From: Atractiella rhizophila
Lineage: Eukaryota
Assembly: GCA_021432655.1 (NCBI GenBank)
Contig: MU271305.1
Location: 25,654 to 89,653, forward strand
Length of the DNA stretch: 64,000 nt
Reading direction: 5' to 3'
In this document: positions 23,348 to 37,524 of the stretch, in pieces
How the letters are laid out: each line of letters opens with the position of its first letter
Numbering within the stretch: position 1 is the first letter of the stretch
Program-made: the position numbers and the translations under genes
The notes under the pieces: model-generated
Database searches by the model: none
The model's input: the letters and a program-made list of their open reading frames with translations, nothing else
What the model was told of the DNA's origin: nothing

Positions 23348-24887
23348 TCACATACCCATGTTGTAATTGCAAGTCAGGATCCCTATCCAACCGCATCCAT
23401 TTTCAGTCATCTTTACCCATTTCAGCAAAGTTTTCTTCCCCTGGCCTCCCTTCATATTATCTCTAACCGCTTCTCTTACCTTCCGGCTCACTATCTCTTC
23501 CTCCTCGTCCATTCCAAGCTCAAGTGTGATACACATCGGCTGTTCCAGATCTCCACTCTCAAACATCTCCGCTAACTCATAGACCATCTTCTTCCTTTCT
23601 GCTGGGTCAACGCTCGTAGACCATTTGTGCAGCCAAAATCCCTGGCTCACTAGACCCTTGAAGATGTAGAGAGAAGGAGGGAGGGATAGTGGACTCTTCG
23701 CCATCCCTCCATAAGTGACCATCGTCGCGCCATATCTGATCAGACCAGCCTGAGCCAGGCCAAGCTGTAAGAGTTTGTAGTGAAGGACGTACGATAGTCC
23801 CTTAGCAAGTTCTGTAGTCTCTTTTCCACCGACGCAGTTAAGCAACAGCGATATATCAGAGGAACGGGCGAGGTCCCTCAGTTGTTCTTTGAAGGACGAT
23901 TTGTCTAGCACTTGGTCATAGGTGAAAACGTGAGCCTCTTTGCCACCCAAGCGATAAAGTCGCTCCTTAAGATTCTTGAGTTCATCATCAGGCCGCGAAC
24001 GGATGGTATTGATCGTTCGCAGTCCCCAAATCCTGTCCCGAAAGAGTGGCTTAGTTTGACCTGGCTCTCAGAAGTTGGAAACAAGGGCGAACCTCGCAAG
24101 TTGCAGGACCATCTCTCCAACCGCCGAATTAGCTCCGTTCTGCATCACCCAGTCTCCATGTTTGACAGCCACGAAATCCTTCAGCATACGGTATGCGGAG
24201 CATGGGTTGACCATCAGCGTCGCCGCTGCTTGTTCCTTGATCCTTGTGGAAGGCAGACGGATGATGTCTTGAGGCGAAACAAGAGCATGAGACATCCAGG
24301 TCCCTGCGGACAGCTAGTTCAAGGATTTGAGGCGGGAAGTGGAAAAGGACACCCACCCATCTGAGGGGAACCCATGACTACCCAATCCCCTTCTTGAAGA
24401 CTGCTGTCTTCTGAGAAGTTCTCCTCGATCACTGCTACTCCTTCATTCCCAGCATGGAACACGGCTCCGCTTCCATTTGTACCTACCTTCGTTCGAGAGA
24501 GAAGCTCATTTGCAGGTGGACGTATTGGATACACTCCTTGTATGACGTTGATGTCGGCTGGGCTTTAAGAGTTCTTATGAGCCTTTGTAGCATTCAAAAT
24601 AAAGAAAGCACACACTTTATAGGAGAAGAGAGGAATCGTATCTTTACTTGTCCTTTGGAGGGGGATGGCAGATCAAAAGTGCGACATTCTAACACCTGTA
24701 CATTACCTTGGTGAGTGATAACAATACCAAGAACGTAACCCTTTACCGTTGTAGGATCACCAGGAGAAGTGTAAGCGACAGCTCTTGCGCGCGTCGAGAC
24801 ACAACGCGCGAAATTTGTAGGCCGAAGATTACACTGAAGGCTGCCAAGTTGAAAGCTAGAAATTGCCCTGGACTTCGTCAACTTCAT
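23348..24887 (-). CDS. ETR1: Mitochondrial trans-2-enoyl-ACP/CoA reductase (MDR family)
   Basis: Presequence-like N-terminus, GNEGVAVI, AATLMVNPCSAYRML, DWVMQNGANSAVG, LNCVGGKET, MVTYGGMAKSP. Confidence 0.9.
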
Positions 24888-25175
24888 TGTTAGTCAACTC
24901 CCAACTCAGCTTCCAAGCCCGCATTTCAGACATGCTCGACAATATTGATCTGCACTGACAGAGAGTGAGCAGAAGCCATCTGAATCTGGTTTGGCCAGCC
25001 TGTCCTGCCCATAAATCGAAGCTCGTGAGTACCAGATCTTGATCTCGTCTGTGACATATACACTGAAGTTCTCCTCGAAAGGTTCAAGTAAGCTTAGATC
25101 AGCTTCACTTCCTCTATCCATGACGTAGAAGAAATTTCAGGTCTAGAACCTCCTTCTCTTTACTATAAAATCGGC

Positions 25176-25751
25176 ATGGCTTCCCTTCTTTCCACAACAC
25201 AGAACTGGGTCAAAACGCTCGCCCTCATCCCTCATCCTGAAGGAGGTTTCTTCAAAGAGATGTACCGCTCCGAGCACTCTATTCCCGGTTCGAAATCGTC
25301 TGGATTTCCAAACGGGAGACCATACGGAACGAGCATCTACTACTGCCTCGAGAGTGGAGACTTCAGCGCTCTTCACCGTCTCAAGTCAGACGAAACATGG
25401 TACTTTCACGACAGCACGCCGAACACACGACTGATCGTCACTCGTATCTGTCCAAGCGAAATGATTGGAGACACCCTCGTGAAAGTAAAACTGGGAAGGA
25501 AGGTGGAGGATGGAGAAGTGTTCCAGGTCACTTGCAAGGCCGGAGAATGGTTTGGAGCACATGTCGAAGTGGATGGTGAGAACATGAAGGAAGGCGTGAG
25601 AAAGGAAGGAGAAGGAGGAGCGGTCCTCGTTGGGTGCGCTGTTGCACCAGGATTCGAGTTTGAGGACTTTGAGATGGGCAAAAGGCAGGAACTTTTAAAG
25701 AAATACCCAATGTTCAAAGATGATGTTGAGCGGCTCACGCGGTTGATGTAG
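25176..25751 (+). CDS. Cupin_5/DUF985 family protein (YML079W/Cff1-like), intronless
   Basis: LALIPHPEGGFFKEMYRS, TSIYY.L, FSALHRLKSDETWYFH, LVGCAVAPGFEFEDFE. Confidence 0.9.
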   Translation: MASLLSTTQNWVKTLALIPHPEGGFFKEMYRSEHSIPGSKSSGFPNGRPYGTSIYYCLESGDFSALHRLKSDETWYFHDSTPNTRLIVTRICPSEMIGDTLVKVKLGRKVEDGEVFQVTCKAGEWFGAHVEVDGENMKEGVRKEGEGGAVLVGCAVAPGFEFEDFEMGKRQELLKKYPMFKDDVERLTRLM

Positions 25752-26039
25752 AAGGTGCGTTGCGGTGCTTCCCGAATATTCTCTTCTGACGAAGAATTGT
25801 AGTAGAAGATGTGAAAAAGTTACCGAATCATTCAATGATCACAATGTTGTAAAGCTGTTTGCCAGATGGAATCCACATCGTTGGGATTTTTGCCAATTTG
25901 ACTCCGATGATTATTTTGTGATGAGGCGAAAGCGGCATCGCCATTCCATTAACATACAAAGCAGATTGCAAGAAGGGTGCTACGCCTGAAAGGTGCGTTG
26001 CGAAGTTACTAACTTACAAAGACTTCATCGGTCACGCGG

Positions 26040-28485
26040 TCAGCATCTGCTCTCCGTGACTTTCTCTAGCCTCCATAGAAGTCGACTACAGAGTTTGCAA
26101 TTGGGATTGTGATAAATGGCTAGCATAGAGCGTTCCGAAAATTTTTCGACCATTGAAGTTCGAATAGACCTGAATAGATTGAATGCAAGCACACCGACGA
26201 CTGGGAAGCAATGATATGAAAAAGGTACAAACGACAACATCAACTCCTTTGTTCGTTGCTGCGAAGATGAAACTTGCTTTGCTCGATAATTGCACAACAA
26301 CGTCGTAAACTTGTGCTTGAACTGCCCCATCTTGCAGACCCAAAAACAATCGCCTAGGGTATCGAAACTTAGCCTCCGAGGTGGCAATTGTTAGCAAGAA
26401 GCAACCATCCCCCCTTAGACGTCGGCTACTGCAGCTTACTGGATCCACGTGAGAAGGTTGTATCGATTACAAGGTCAGCGGCTAGAGTATCCACAGGGTC
26501 AAACCGGATCAAAAGCCAAAAATCAACATTCCCTTATTTCACATTTCCGGCTGGTGGCTTCCGGTTCACTGTAAGCTTTAAACGCTATCCAAATCAGCAG
26601 CGTAGCAGCACCCTGATGCTGCCGGGATCATACGTTCGTATCCACTACCCTGTCCACTACAACAGGTCAGAAGCATCCATCTTACTCTGCGATGGTCAAG
26701 GTAAGCACTCCGCGGATATGACAACGGGGCTACTGACCCCTCACATTAGCTTGCTTAAGCACTAGGTGCGTATCAAGCTACTCGATAAAATCGACTTGGG
26801 CACAAACATCTTGAATTAGACTCGCCATCGATATTCTAAACACCGGGCAGAATAATGATGCAGGCAACATTATCATGCAAACCTTCTTCTATACAGTCTC
26901 TGGCTTATCAAACATGCAAGGCATGTTGCAGCGACGACAACTCGACAACTGAAAATCACAATGCTTGCATGCTCGCTCAGCTTGCCATAAGAAAAATTAG
27001 AAACCAACGTAGATCAACTTTACGAGAGTCAACCAGATTTAGACAAGAAAATGAGATTAAGGAAAATACGATGAGCCTTTCCGACCCCGTATCAGGCTGA
27101 GATATCGATCACTATTGCTTCAACAAGATCCTCTTTCTCGTGACTTTGACGCTTGATCACGGTAATGCCTAATGAACGTACGCAGGCCAGAGATGTCGTC
27201 GATCCGAACGAATGGACCTTGACAGCAGCAAGCTTTAAATTTTTTTGGTAAGGTCCACGGGATGCCAAATCGTAATGTTGGATGACACTCCGAGGACGCT
27301 TAGGACTGCTTAGGACAAACGACAGTTGACCGTTGACCTCGATCAATCTAGGATGACTGTCGAAGGTGTAGGCTGCGAAATACAGGATGTGATAGTCCCC
27401 ACATCCTCACCGACGAAAGGTCACTTCCTCAATGTCTTTCCCACCGAAGCAGACTGAATCCTCAATGTCTCAATGCCCCCTTCATTATCTTCATTTCCAA
27501 ACATTCTATGCATGTCTGCCCTGGCCGTACCGCCGTCTGGTCGGGAGGGACATGAAGGTCACTTGAACAGCTGACCTGCCACACCAAGCCATTCATCCAT
27601 AATTCGCTACCGCAGAACTGCCGAACGCACTGACTGAAGATCTTTGGAAATTGCTGATTTTCGTCCATCTTGAGGGACGCGAAACCCTTCATCTTAAATG
27701 ACAAGGAACTACTTCTTCGAGTGAAATATTCCAGTTCCAGGTGATTGATGTTCGCTTGGAAGCTAGAGAAGGATGTACTCGTGATCATGCCATCCAAAGG
27801 AGAACTTGAGAAAAAGTGACAATGCCTTGAGTTTGGCATTGAATTGACAAATCGCGCTAAAGCCCTTCAAATCCATCTCATGCTGTCAAAGTCAAATTGT
27901 TTGTGGTTGAGGTTGAGAGCGTTTGACAGCAAATGAGCAAGACACGATTCGTGAGAAGCGCCCTGCACCTCGAACCAAAGCTGGGAGAAAAATAAACCAG
28001 GGAAATGGGGCAAGCACCATAATTGCGAACTAGTGATAGCCATCAGGCCGTCGCCGAAAGGTAGAACTTCTCCTTCTCACGCGAAGTCTCACGCTTTTTC
28101 GCGTCAGTTCAAGCTTCGCAGTCGCTTCAACGCTGAGAAAGGTTGTTTTGGTAACTGTGTTCAGGTCAGGAACTCGCCCGTGGCGCCCGCCCCCTATCTT
28201 CAGTTTGGAAATCAAAGCCGATGTCTGCAGTGCCAGAACATCCCAAAACTCTCGTTCCGCCGCTCCAGAAGACGAGAAGGCTGAGAGCTTCAATTTAGGA
28301 CGAGTGTATCGATATCTCGGAAGGTGTCTGAGCGCTGCGGATGGATGAGAGAACCTTTGGAGGACAGAGGAAGCTCCTTGATTCTGGGGAGGAGCTGGAA
28401 GAGTTCGAGGTCCAGCGAGACACTCAAGTTGGGATCCGAATCTCTGCAGATCTGAGGGTTCGAAGCAGAATTCATCTTCGATCAT
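26040..28485 (-). pseudogene. Possible decayed F-box/LRR-like gene remnant(s)
   Basis: LRR-flavoured fragments in shifting frames (LFQLLPRIKELPL, LKALSLFL, INHLELEY, ETLRIQS) broken by stops; no coherent gene model. Confidence 0.3.
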
Positions 28486-29216
28486 GCGAGATCAAACCAA
28501 ACAAAAGATTGGATTTGGGCCAGAACCGATGTTTGTCTGCTTGCTGTGTTCTCGTGTTTCCTGCACCCAGGCCGCGTGTTCGACCCCTTTTCTTCAATCA
28601 ACGTCCAAAGATTAGCCCAGGAGGCTGAGGCATGCAGGCGCCACGACAGGTGAGCATCAATGTGACATCCATCGCAAATCAGAGTATGTCAACGAGTTTA
28701 CAAATTGACTTCGAAGGCGAAACATTTCAAGATCATTCCCCCGCGTAGCATGGCTCGAGTTTATGGAAGCTCTCGGGCGTGATTGTCGCTAAGCAATCGA
28801 AGCGGTGATCGGCTGGAGGGTTGGAGGAAGGGGAAGACCAGAACAGGAGGAAGAAGCTTGACCTTGCTCCTGAGATAACCATAACAATGGCGTTGTCGTC
28901 AATGGGACATTGTGAGCAATTGACGTTTGTGAGACAATTAACAGATAACGATTAGGGCAGATGCCTGTGAAAGGTAAGCGAAATATCTGTGAAGTCACTC
29001 CGTAGGGCTGAAACATTTCAATTTTTGAGTTAAGTTCGGGAGAATATTTAAGGTTTGCGGGATCAATTGACCGACAGATTTGGTTCTGATAAATCCCGCC
29101 CCTCGCCTTACTCGTTCCCCTCGACTACCCCTCCTCACTCGAAAGGGGACGACCATTTATCATATCATATCATTTCTATTCCAAAAGGTCGACCCTTTTA
29201 ATTTCTTCAAAATATT

Positions 29217-32200
29217 ATGCTCGACTCCTCCCCTCCAACTCCACGACCAACACCTCAGCGTTCGAACCAACTCCAGCCAATGCCAGTGACACCATCCACT
29301 TCGACCAGCTTCACAGCTGAAGCTCCCAAGCAGCTTGTCCTGGGAATGCCCTCGCCTCGCGAAATCTGGGACGAATTACCTTCGCATCCGCTCAACTCCC
29401 GGATAAAGCTCATCAGCGCAAGGCAGTACCGTCACCTCAACACTCTTCACTCTAATCTCGAACGGGAGATTCAAAATAACGATGGCCTTGTTCACAATAG
29501 GAAGGGAGAGTTGAGCCAGGCACTTTTCCCATGGTTACACGGAGTGGAATGGCTCAAGAATTACAGAGGTCCCCCGAAGCCTCAGTGAGTCTCTCTTTGC
29601 AGAATATGTGAATTTGGATGTGAGGAGGCATTGGAGAAGCATGAGAAACGCCTTTCAGGCTGTGCTGAAGCTCTGAGATTTTTTGTAGAAGTTCGACGCG
29701 TATCGTCTGTTCCCGTGATGCTGACGTATTTGTTTTCCTTGTGTTTCACCCAGTTATCGCGGTCTCACGACTGTCACCTCGGACCCCCCTTACTTCGTTC
29801 CCTCCCAAGTGCCAGAATACGCGTCTGCCTCTCCCGCTCCTCCTAAAAAACACGGACACCGCCACCTTGCGACGGGCCACTCTTGTTATCCAGCCCCCGA
29901 GCCCGGGAAAGTTCGTCTACTTCGGTGGAGAGTTACGGAAGAAGTTCCAATGGGAGCATCGAGAACGACACCTCTTCCCTATTCTCGTTCGAGAGCGTGG
30001 ATACGGAGTGTACGGATGTGGAAGACGACTATAGCTCCGGTTGCGTAGCGTCTGCGGAGATCGAAATCACGCCAACTCTCTCGCCTACCAAGCTCAATCC
30101 TCTGAAATCACCTTCTCTCTTATCCCTCACCTCTTCCGCGGATTCATCGTCGCTGTACCATTCTTCCTCCCGCGAGCACCTAACCGTTAACCGCAAAGCC
30201 GCTATCCCGATTCCTTCTCCAGCCCTCATTTCCGTCCTGTCGGCTGATGATGTACTTGCTCCACAATTCCCCGTCACGACTCCCACAACCATCGCCCCTT
30301 CTACCTTGCCCGTCAATCGATTCATGGATCCTATCATGCAGAAACCGAACCAGTTTAACTGCCGGAATTTCAAGCTTCAGACCTCGCAGTATGCACGGTT
30401 GTCGGACATTGTCATCTTCAATAAGGAAGGAGTGCCCAACAGAGAAAACTCAAAAAATGGGACGATCGAGGTTGGAGAAGGCAGTATCCGAGCTTTGAGA
30501 CTTGCGGAGAGGTTTTTGGATGCCATTGAGGATGAAAGGCAGCGCGTGTACGGCAATGGTGATGGTGGTGTCAGATATGGTGTCTACATCATCAGTGGTT
30601 CGTGTTCTCGCGATAATTCTTTTCAGATCTTGCACTGACGACTAGATGCGATAGATCCCGTTGAAGTTTTTGAGCGCGACTTTCCCGAGATGATATGCAT
30701 CGGAAGCAATGGAACCATCCAACACAAGATCGACTTTTACGATCGTGAGAGAGAAGAAATGAGGAATTTGACGAGCAGAAGCGAAATTGCCAAAAATGTC
30801 TGGGTAGGTATCTCATTCAAATATGTGCCCTTCCTTGTTCACCAACAGTTGCAGCTGGGAAATACCATGGGAGATGCGCCGATTCACGCGATCAGAAACT
30901 TGAACTCTGATTCAACTGCTTCGCTCAGCCAATATTCTTTCTCATCTCGCGAAAGCAACGATGGGACTCCTCAACCTCCCAGCGCCGGTCTTCCGGATGT
31001 CAACCCTGATCACTTCTCCATCTGCATCGAGTGTACAGAAACCCCAGCCATGCCTGATGAAGCATTCCTTCACGATATTTCAGCCTCTCTCGGTGCCATC
31101 GAGGACGAGCAAAGCAGCGCAGGTTTGCCTGTTGCTGTCGAAGTTGAAGGTGCGAATGGCGATAAAGAAGTCGTCAGCAAGATCTTCAACGTCCACGATA
31201 TCGTCCAGTTGGAGTGCCTCGGCACTTCACTCGTCTTGGAGAAGGACATCAGGCTGTTCGTTCGCTTCATGGAGGACATTATCCGACTAGCGGTTTGGAT
31301 CAGGGATCAGGCCTACAATCAGTCGAGACGGATTCTCATTCATTGTGCGGACGGATACACTGAGTCGTCTATGCTAGCCCTCACCTACATCATGCTCGAT
31401 AGACAGTGTTCTCTACCCGATGCCTACCTTTGGATCCAGAATAACTGCAACAGATCCTTCTTCGTGTATAAGGACGACATTGATGTGCTCAAGGCTCTGG
31501 AGAAGAGGGTCGAGGCATTTGTTCGGCGGGAGAATGAGAAGAGGGAGAGGAGGGAGAAGCGAAGGAGGGAGAAATTGATTGCCCAAGCGATGAACACTGC
31601 TCTGCACAGTGGGCTGGATGAGCTTCACGAACCCTTCTCTCGGTCTTCTTCTGAATATTCGCGCTTGTCCCGATCTTCGAGCAGGAGCAGCGGTGGTCGG
31701 CCTTCCCTATCGGATGACCGGTCGTCTGCCATGCTTTCGAGCATCAGAACGCATCCTTGGTTCTACGATTCGCACTTTGAAGGTCACTTTCCCAGCCGTA
31801 TCCTCCCCAATCTTTACCTCGGGAACCTTCAGCATGCCTCCAACCCTCTCATGCTTCAACAGCTCGGTATCACCCATGTAGTTTCCGTCGGAGAATCTCT
31901 TCTCACTCCTCCCCGTCAAGGAGGCTTCGGATCCTCTTTTGGTTCCTGGGGTGGCGACTTTGGAAGAGGACGGCCTGGAATGCCCAGAAGGGAGAATTCG
32001 CTGTTCTGGGAACATAAAGAAGGACGGATGCAAGTTTTGGACATCAAGGGCATCTCCGGTACGAGAGCTTCCTTTTTTTTTGGAGAGAACATTGCTTACA
32101 TCTAGAATAGACGACGGGAAGGACAGCATTGTTCCTCATCTCGAGAAAGCGGTCGAGTTCATCGACAATGCAGTTCGGTCTGGGGGAAAGGTCCTCGTTC

Positions 32201-32520
32201 ATTGCCAAGTCGGAGTTTCTCGCAGCGCGACAGTCGTAATCGCGTACGTGATGAAGAAGTGCCAACTCGATCTCGCAAGCGCATACCTCCTCGTTCGCAG
32301 CCGTCGCCTCAATATCGTCATCCAACCAAATTGCAAGATTATGTGGGAACTCTGGGTCTGGGAGGGTCAACTCGAAGAGGCGCGAGAGGCCAGGTCTCGT
32401 GCTCTGTCCCGCATCCTCGAAAGCAGTGGAAAACCAGAAGGCGTTTCAAACGACGAAGAAGATCAGAATCTCGTGGAGTTTTCTGGCCAGGGAAATTGGA
32501 GCCCTCAACGAACGTTATAA
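29217..32520 (+). CDS. PPS1: Dual-specificity protein phosphatase, Pps1-like
   Basis: LFPWLHG, RNFKLQ..YARLSDIV, IHCADGYTESSMLAL, HFPSRILPNLYLGNL, catalytic VHCQVGVSRSAT. Confidence 0.88.
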
Positions 32521-33424
32521 ATGTTGAGCGTCAATCAACAGTCGTAGCATTATACTTATCTTATCCTTTTGCCTTTCCTCCGTTCCACTCTCTTATTTTT
32601 CCTCTCTCATCCACCGCAGTCCTCTCATCCGCTACTCCGTCGCATCATTAACCTACTAACCTATCATCTACCGTCAAATATCTTTAAACGTCGTCTCCGC
32701 TTCGTCGCCGTCAATTCACCGTTCGCCTTTTCTATTACCTTACGTGGTCATCAGAAAAGAATCGCTGTGATTCCATATTTCAAGTCTTTGGTCTCCTTTT
32801 CCAGTACTCAATTGTCGAAATATCCGTGCTGTTTTCGTGACTCAATTCTCTTTCGCCTTTCCAAGCTAACTCTCTCCTCTCGACTCTGGTAGTGTAACAG
32901 GGGTCGTGATCATATTATTTTATACCGTTTCGTCTGGCAACATTAATTCAGAAACAAACATGCGCTCAATATCTTTCTTCTTATCTTCTTAGTCTCTCTT
33001 TAATGGTCGTGTTGTTCGGGTCTTCGCGACCAGTTGATGACGGGATGGACGGTCCGTTGGTCATGTTGGGTTCTCAATCAAAGTGTATTAGGCAGGTCAG
33101 ATTCAGTGTCTTTCTCTTCCTCATGTCGAAATAATTTGTTTTGTCGGTCCACTTCCCTTTCCTTTCAAGACGCAAAGGGTTGTTCTTCAACTGTAACAAT
33201 TACCAAGACTCAGGCATCGTTATACTTACTCAATCAGCTCTAGTTTCTGAAAATGCATATATAGTTGCCCTCAATCTCCCGTCCCGTTCACGAAGTTCTT
33301 AGCTCGTCGGTCTGTAGGAAGTTGTCAGCTTCAAGTCCAAGAGATTCATTCATTCCTTGATAACTTGAACTGAAGTGTCCATCGCGATAATTTTAAGTAC
33401 AACAACAGCGAAGGTAGAGAAGGT

Positions 33425-36400
33425 CTAACAGCTTCCCTCATAGAGTCCATTTCTAGGCATCGAATACCCAGCCTGCTCCCAAGTAGTCCGCAATGGACTA
33501 CAAAAAGCAGTCAGCGCCCTTCTTAAACAGTCGAGAAGGGATAGACATACTTCATGTAAGCCTCTGGGTGATTCTGAATCTGTTAGATAAAGGATAAAGA
33601 ACGTATTAGTTGACTTGTGCACACATAAAGGAATGGAATGGATGACGAACATATTCACTGGTTGGATAATCTTTAGGATCGCAACCAATCTTCGGTTTTC
33701 CTCTCTGGTATACCCGTGCACTTTCTATCCTGTAGGTTTGTGGCCACACAATGGAACCCCAACTCGGGTCGCTATTGTCCTCGTTATCACCGACTCTTCA
33801 AGCAAGCGACAAGAGGAAGCTCTACCCTTGGAATTTGGTCGAGAACGCAAAGTTCAGAATAAGGTGCATAGGCTCCTCAGAGATCAAACGTTGGGAAATC
33901 TCAGTAAACTCGTCTGGACCCTGGAATGTAACAGGTGTCAGTGAAAGGGTGGTTGGACAGAACCAAGTGGATGTGCACAATAGCACTAGCGAACATGGTC
34001 CAATTAGGCTCTCCATTCCAGTACCTGAAGACATGCCCTGTCAGTTCATCTGCATTGATTGGGAAGATAGGACATACCAGTCAATCCATCCATTCGGTCC
34101 AGGCTCATAATCAAATGCGAAGGTTTTATACTCCGCGTCGTCATACGAAACCCCATCTGTTGCAGAAATGACGCTGACTGATTCTTGGTATACAGCTCCG
34201 TAAAATGCATTGACAATACTACGCTCTGGGTCGTAGATTACCATGTGTTCGCCGGACGTGTTCTTCCAATAGTACCCACTGTCGAATGGTCCTATGAAGT
34301 CGTCAAACTGTGAGTATGGACTTTACTATGATCTGGGAAGAAAGACAACAGACCAACTTGTATACTTTGGCTGACAGAGCCAATCGGTCTTTCTCGCTGT
34401 TGAAAAATCAATGTTGATATTCCCTGCAAAGAAAAAAAGCGTACCCAAGCAACCTGAGCCTCTGCTCCCAAACAAGTAAATATCTAACAATCGACCGGTG
34501 ATAACACGAACCTAGAATGTCGATTTCAGGCCCTGATCTCCCCTTGTCGTGTCGAGGTCCCGGATGATCCTCTCCAGGGCAAGTACAAGCGGATAGCTTT
34601 TGCCCTATGCTCTTCGAAACGGAGGGCACAATCAGCATGTTCCAGCCTCTGATCATGAAGGACGAAACCCACGTAGGAGAGCGCGCCGCCGTAGTCGCTC
34701 GAGCCACTAATAAAATTTAATCCTGTAATAAGGACGGGCAGAAAGAAGACAGACGTGGTTCGAGCAGCTTCTGGAGTTCCGTCCTTCCTAGTTTGGTTGG
34801 GAAATGTCCCAACGTCGCAAGCGTCATATGAGAATGGCCAAACACCCTCCGCTGTCGCCCCTTTACGATATTTTTGGAGTTAAACGTATTCTTGAGAGAG
34901 GGGAGGCGACAGACGTACCGTATCCAGGGCGAACGAGGTTGCCAATGGTCCATGCACCTTCTCAGCACGGTAAGTGAGATGTCATACTAACGAGAAAGGA
35001 TGTACCTGGCCATATTCCTTGATATCTTCATCAGGAATTATATCCTTTGAGGAGTAGGGGCGACCTACCATATCCGACTGGTCTACCGGGAAGGGATACG
35101 TTGACTGTTTGTTATTTAATATACCTGACCACGTACACTAGCTCTACCATACCTTCAATATACCCCCCTGTGAAGCCTAGAGGAATGTCACTTAGCAGAC
35201 TGACGGAGAGAAGAATGGGAAGTAGAGCGACTCACAAAACTTATTCCAGGTTTGTACCATCCCGCTCTTCCAGTTCAGCCCATTAATCGGCTCTTGGGAC
35301 ATGGTGATTTCCATCTTTCCATTCCTCGTCCTCACAGCATCCGGCTATATGCCACATATCCACAAATCAACTCTTTCCTTCTCACTTCAAAATAGCTCGC
35401 GTACATGGTACCACTCGAGGTCCCTGGCCACCAGTATAACAGTGAGCGTAGGGAAGAGCACAGAGGAAGGGAAAACGGAAACTGACGCTGTAGCCCAATA
35501 ATGCAGATCCACTGCCTCAAAAAATGGGTCGTCTCCAGGATAGAACGTCCGACCGTCAACTTCGAATTCGTCCGACCAGACTAAGTTCAACGTGTCTCCC
35601 CTCACCGGCGAGGTCCAGCTCAGGGCACTGGCAGGCGTGTCTTTATCAATTAGACCCGACCAACCAGCTACTTCTCCGACCTGTTAGACCCAGCAGTATG
35701 TCAGGAAGCAAAATCCACCTCGAAGGATGAGTAGGCGAGGGAAGAAAACATACTTGTCCACTTGCATTAGTACCTCCTGGTCCAAAACCTCCTAGTGTAT
35801 CATTGACGGTATCTATTCTGAAATAAAAGTCAAATATCGGCCAGACTACGATGCCCAACCATCAGCATCTCTGCATAGAATGAAACGTAGCCGTTTGTTT
35901 CGAGAACAAAAGTAGGAAAGGAGGAGAGAGAACATACTAATGAAGAGTGCTAGCAATCCACAGACAAGTATCACCAACGCAAAAACATTAAGCCATCCCC
36001 TCCCACTCCATAAACTGAAACCGGGTCTCCTTCTCCCATCCTTCTTTCCCCAGCGACCACGGGAAGAATAAGAAGGATGGGGATCGTGCAACCAGTCATC
36101 AGCTTCCTTGTTTTCAGCAGTCCATAACAACGAGGAGGCCGTGAAAGCCGTTGAAATACCACTGTGATAGCTCTCTCGTCGATCATCGTCGACGTGACGA
36201 GGACGAGAGGAGGGCGATGGAGCAAGGGAGTCATAGGATGCATGTGCGGATTTCCAACTAGGAAGATATGGAAGGTCATGTTTGTCCTCAAGGTCGAATT
36301 CCGCACCGGTGGTTGAGTACCGTTTGTGCGCTTCGCGAGATAGACTTCGATGGGGAAGGTCGGAGGCTGAAGCTGAACCTCGGGAAGGGGAGAGGTCACG

Positions 36401-36535
36401 CGCAGATGAGGGTTTAGAGGCGCTATGGAAGTCAGAGGAAGGGGGAAAGGGGGAGAAGGAACCACCAATCGTGCCTTTGAGGACGCCAATGGAGGCTGGA
36501 TCGAGAGCGGGTGTGGAAGTAGATGTTCGAGACAT
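33425..36535 (-). CDS. KRE6: Beta-1,6-glucan synthesis-associated GH16 protein (type II membrane)
   Basis: EADDWLHDP, RGWLNV..TM, LVWSDEFEVDGRTFYPGDDPFFEAVDLHYWAT, LSACTCPGEDHPGP..GRSGPEIDI, ISEEPMHLILN. Confidence 0.92.
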
Positions 36536-37524
36536 TTCGTTCAGGGTTTGTTGTCCCTAATCCCTATCGCTGACCATATACAGGAGACAGGTTCCAGAAC
36601 AGAAGGTGAGAAGGAGGGAAGGGATTGTTCGACATGGTGCTTTTGTAGCTGTTCTGACTTTTCCCAATGGTGAGAGGTCCGAAGAACCTCTGCAGCTGCT
36701 TGTGAATGCCTTGGACAGGGACCAAGTCGACCAAGAGCGCGCCGCATTCGGATCAGTCCTATGACGTAGACCTTGTAAAGCTTGCCAGAGTCTTTAGGTT
36801 TGGAAGGCCTTAAGCCTTTGGGAACCGCTTGGTAGATGCCGCGACTTCTGCAAGACAAAGCTGGTTTGAAAACTGCCCATCCATTGTTATCAAGATTTGG
36901 GAACGATGCGGCTTTCCCTTGGGCCTGAACACAAATTTGCCAGAATGTGCAGCTAAGTTGGATCTAGGACCAGCGACTGTTTAGAAGGGGAACAGAGAAA
37001 AATCCAGGAGGAAGCAAAAAGAGACTGAGAACTTGGCGACCCTCGGCGTGTCTTCGACGTTGGCAGAACGAGGACAGTGCTTGTCAACAATTTCGAGTCA
37101 ACTTACATCAATGAGCCAGAAGTTTTGCTGCTGTTGTTGCCTGTCACTCCTTTGCCTTTGCAATGTGCACTGGCACTGGCCAATTCAACCTCTAGGACTC
37201 CAATTCTACCCACAGAATATACAGCAAAGGTATATTTATATCGAGAAACAGCTTGAAGTTGGGGTTTTTGGAGCAACTTAAATTGCCAGTCACCGTCCCC
37301 TTTCCTGCTGGAGATAGCTACATAATGGATCTCTGGCTCCTTCCAGCCGCAACTTGCGTCGAGCGCGCTAGCTGAGCAGCGGCTTCGCACTTGGGGGAAT
37401 ACAGCTCCTCTCACAATACTCATCCATCACGAGAACTCACTGATATGCACAGGCTGAATTCCCCTCCCACGTACTAACGTATACCTATTGGTGCTCTCCC
37501 TTCCCGCAATCCGTTATTTTACAC

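Noticed and set aside
25752..26002. 13-bp direct repeat aaggtgcgttgcg flanking ~225 bp (possible target-site duplication)
   Set aside because: No terminal inverted repeats or transposon coding features between the copies; could be chance.
29585..29753. Long PPS1 intron as a snoRNA host
   Set aside because: No convincing box C/D or H/ACA arrangement.
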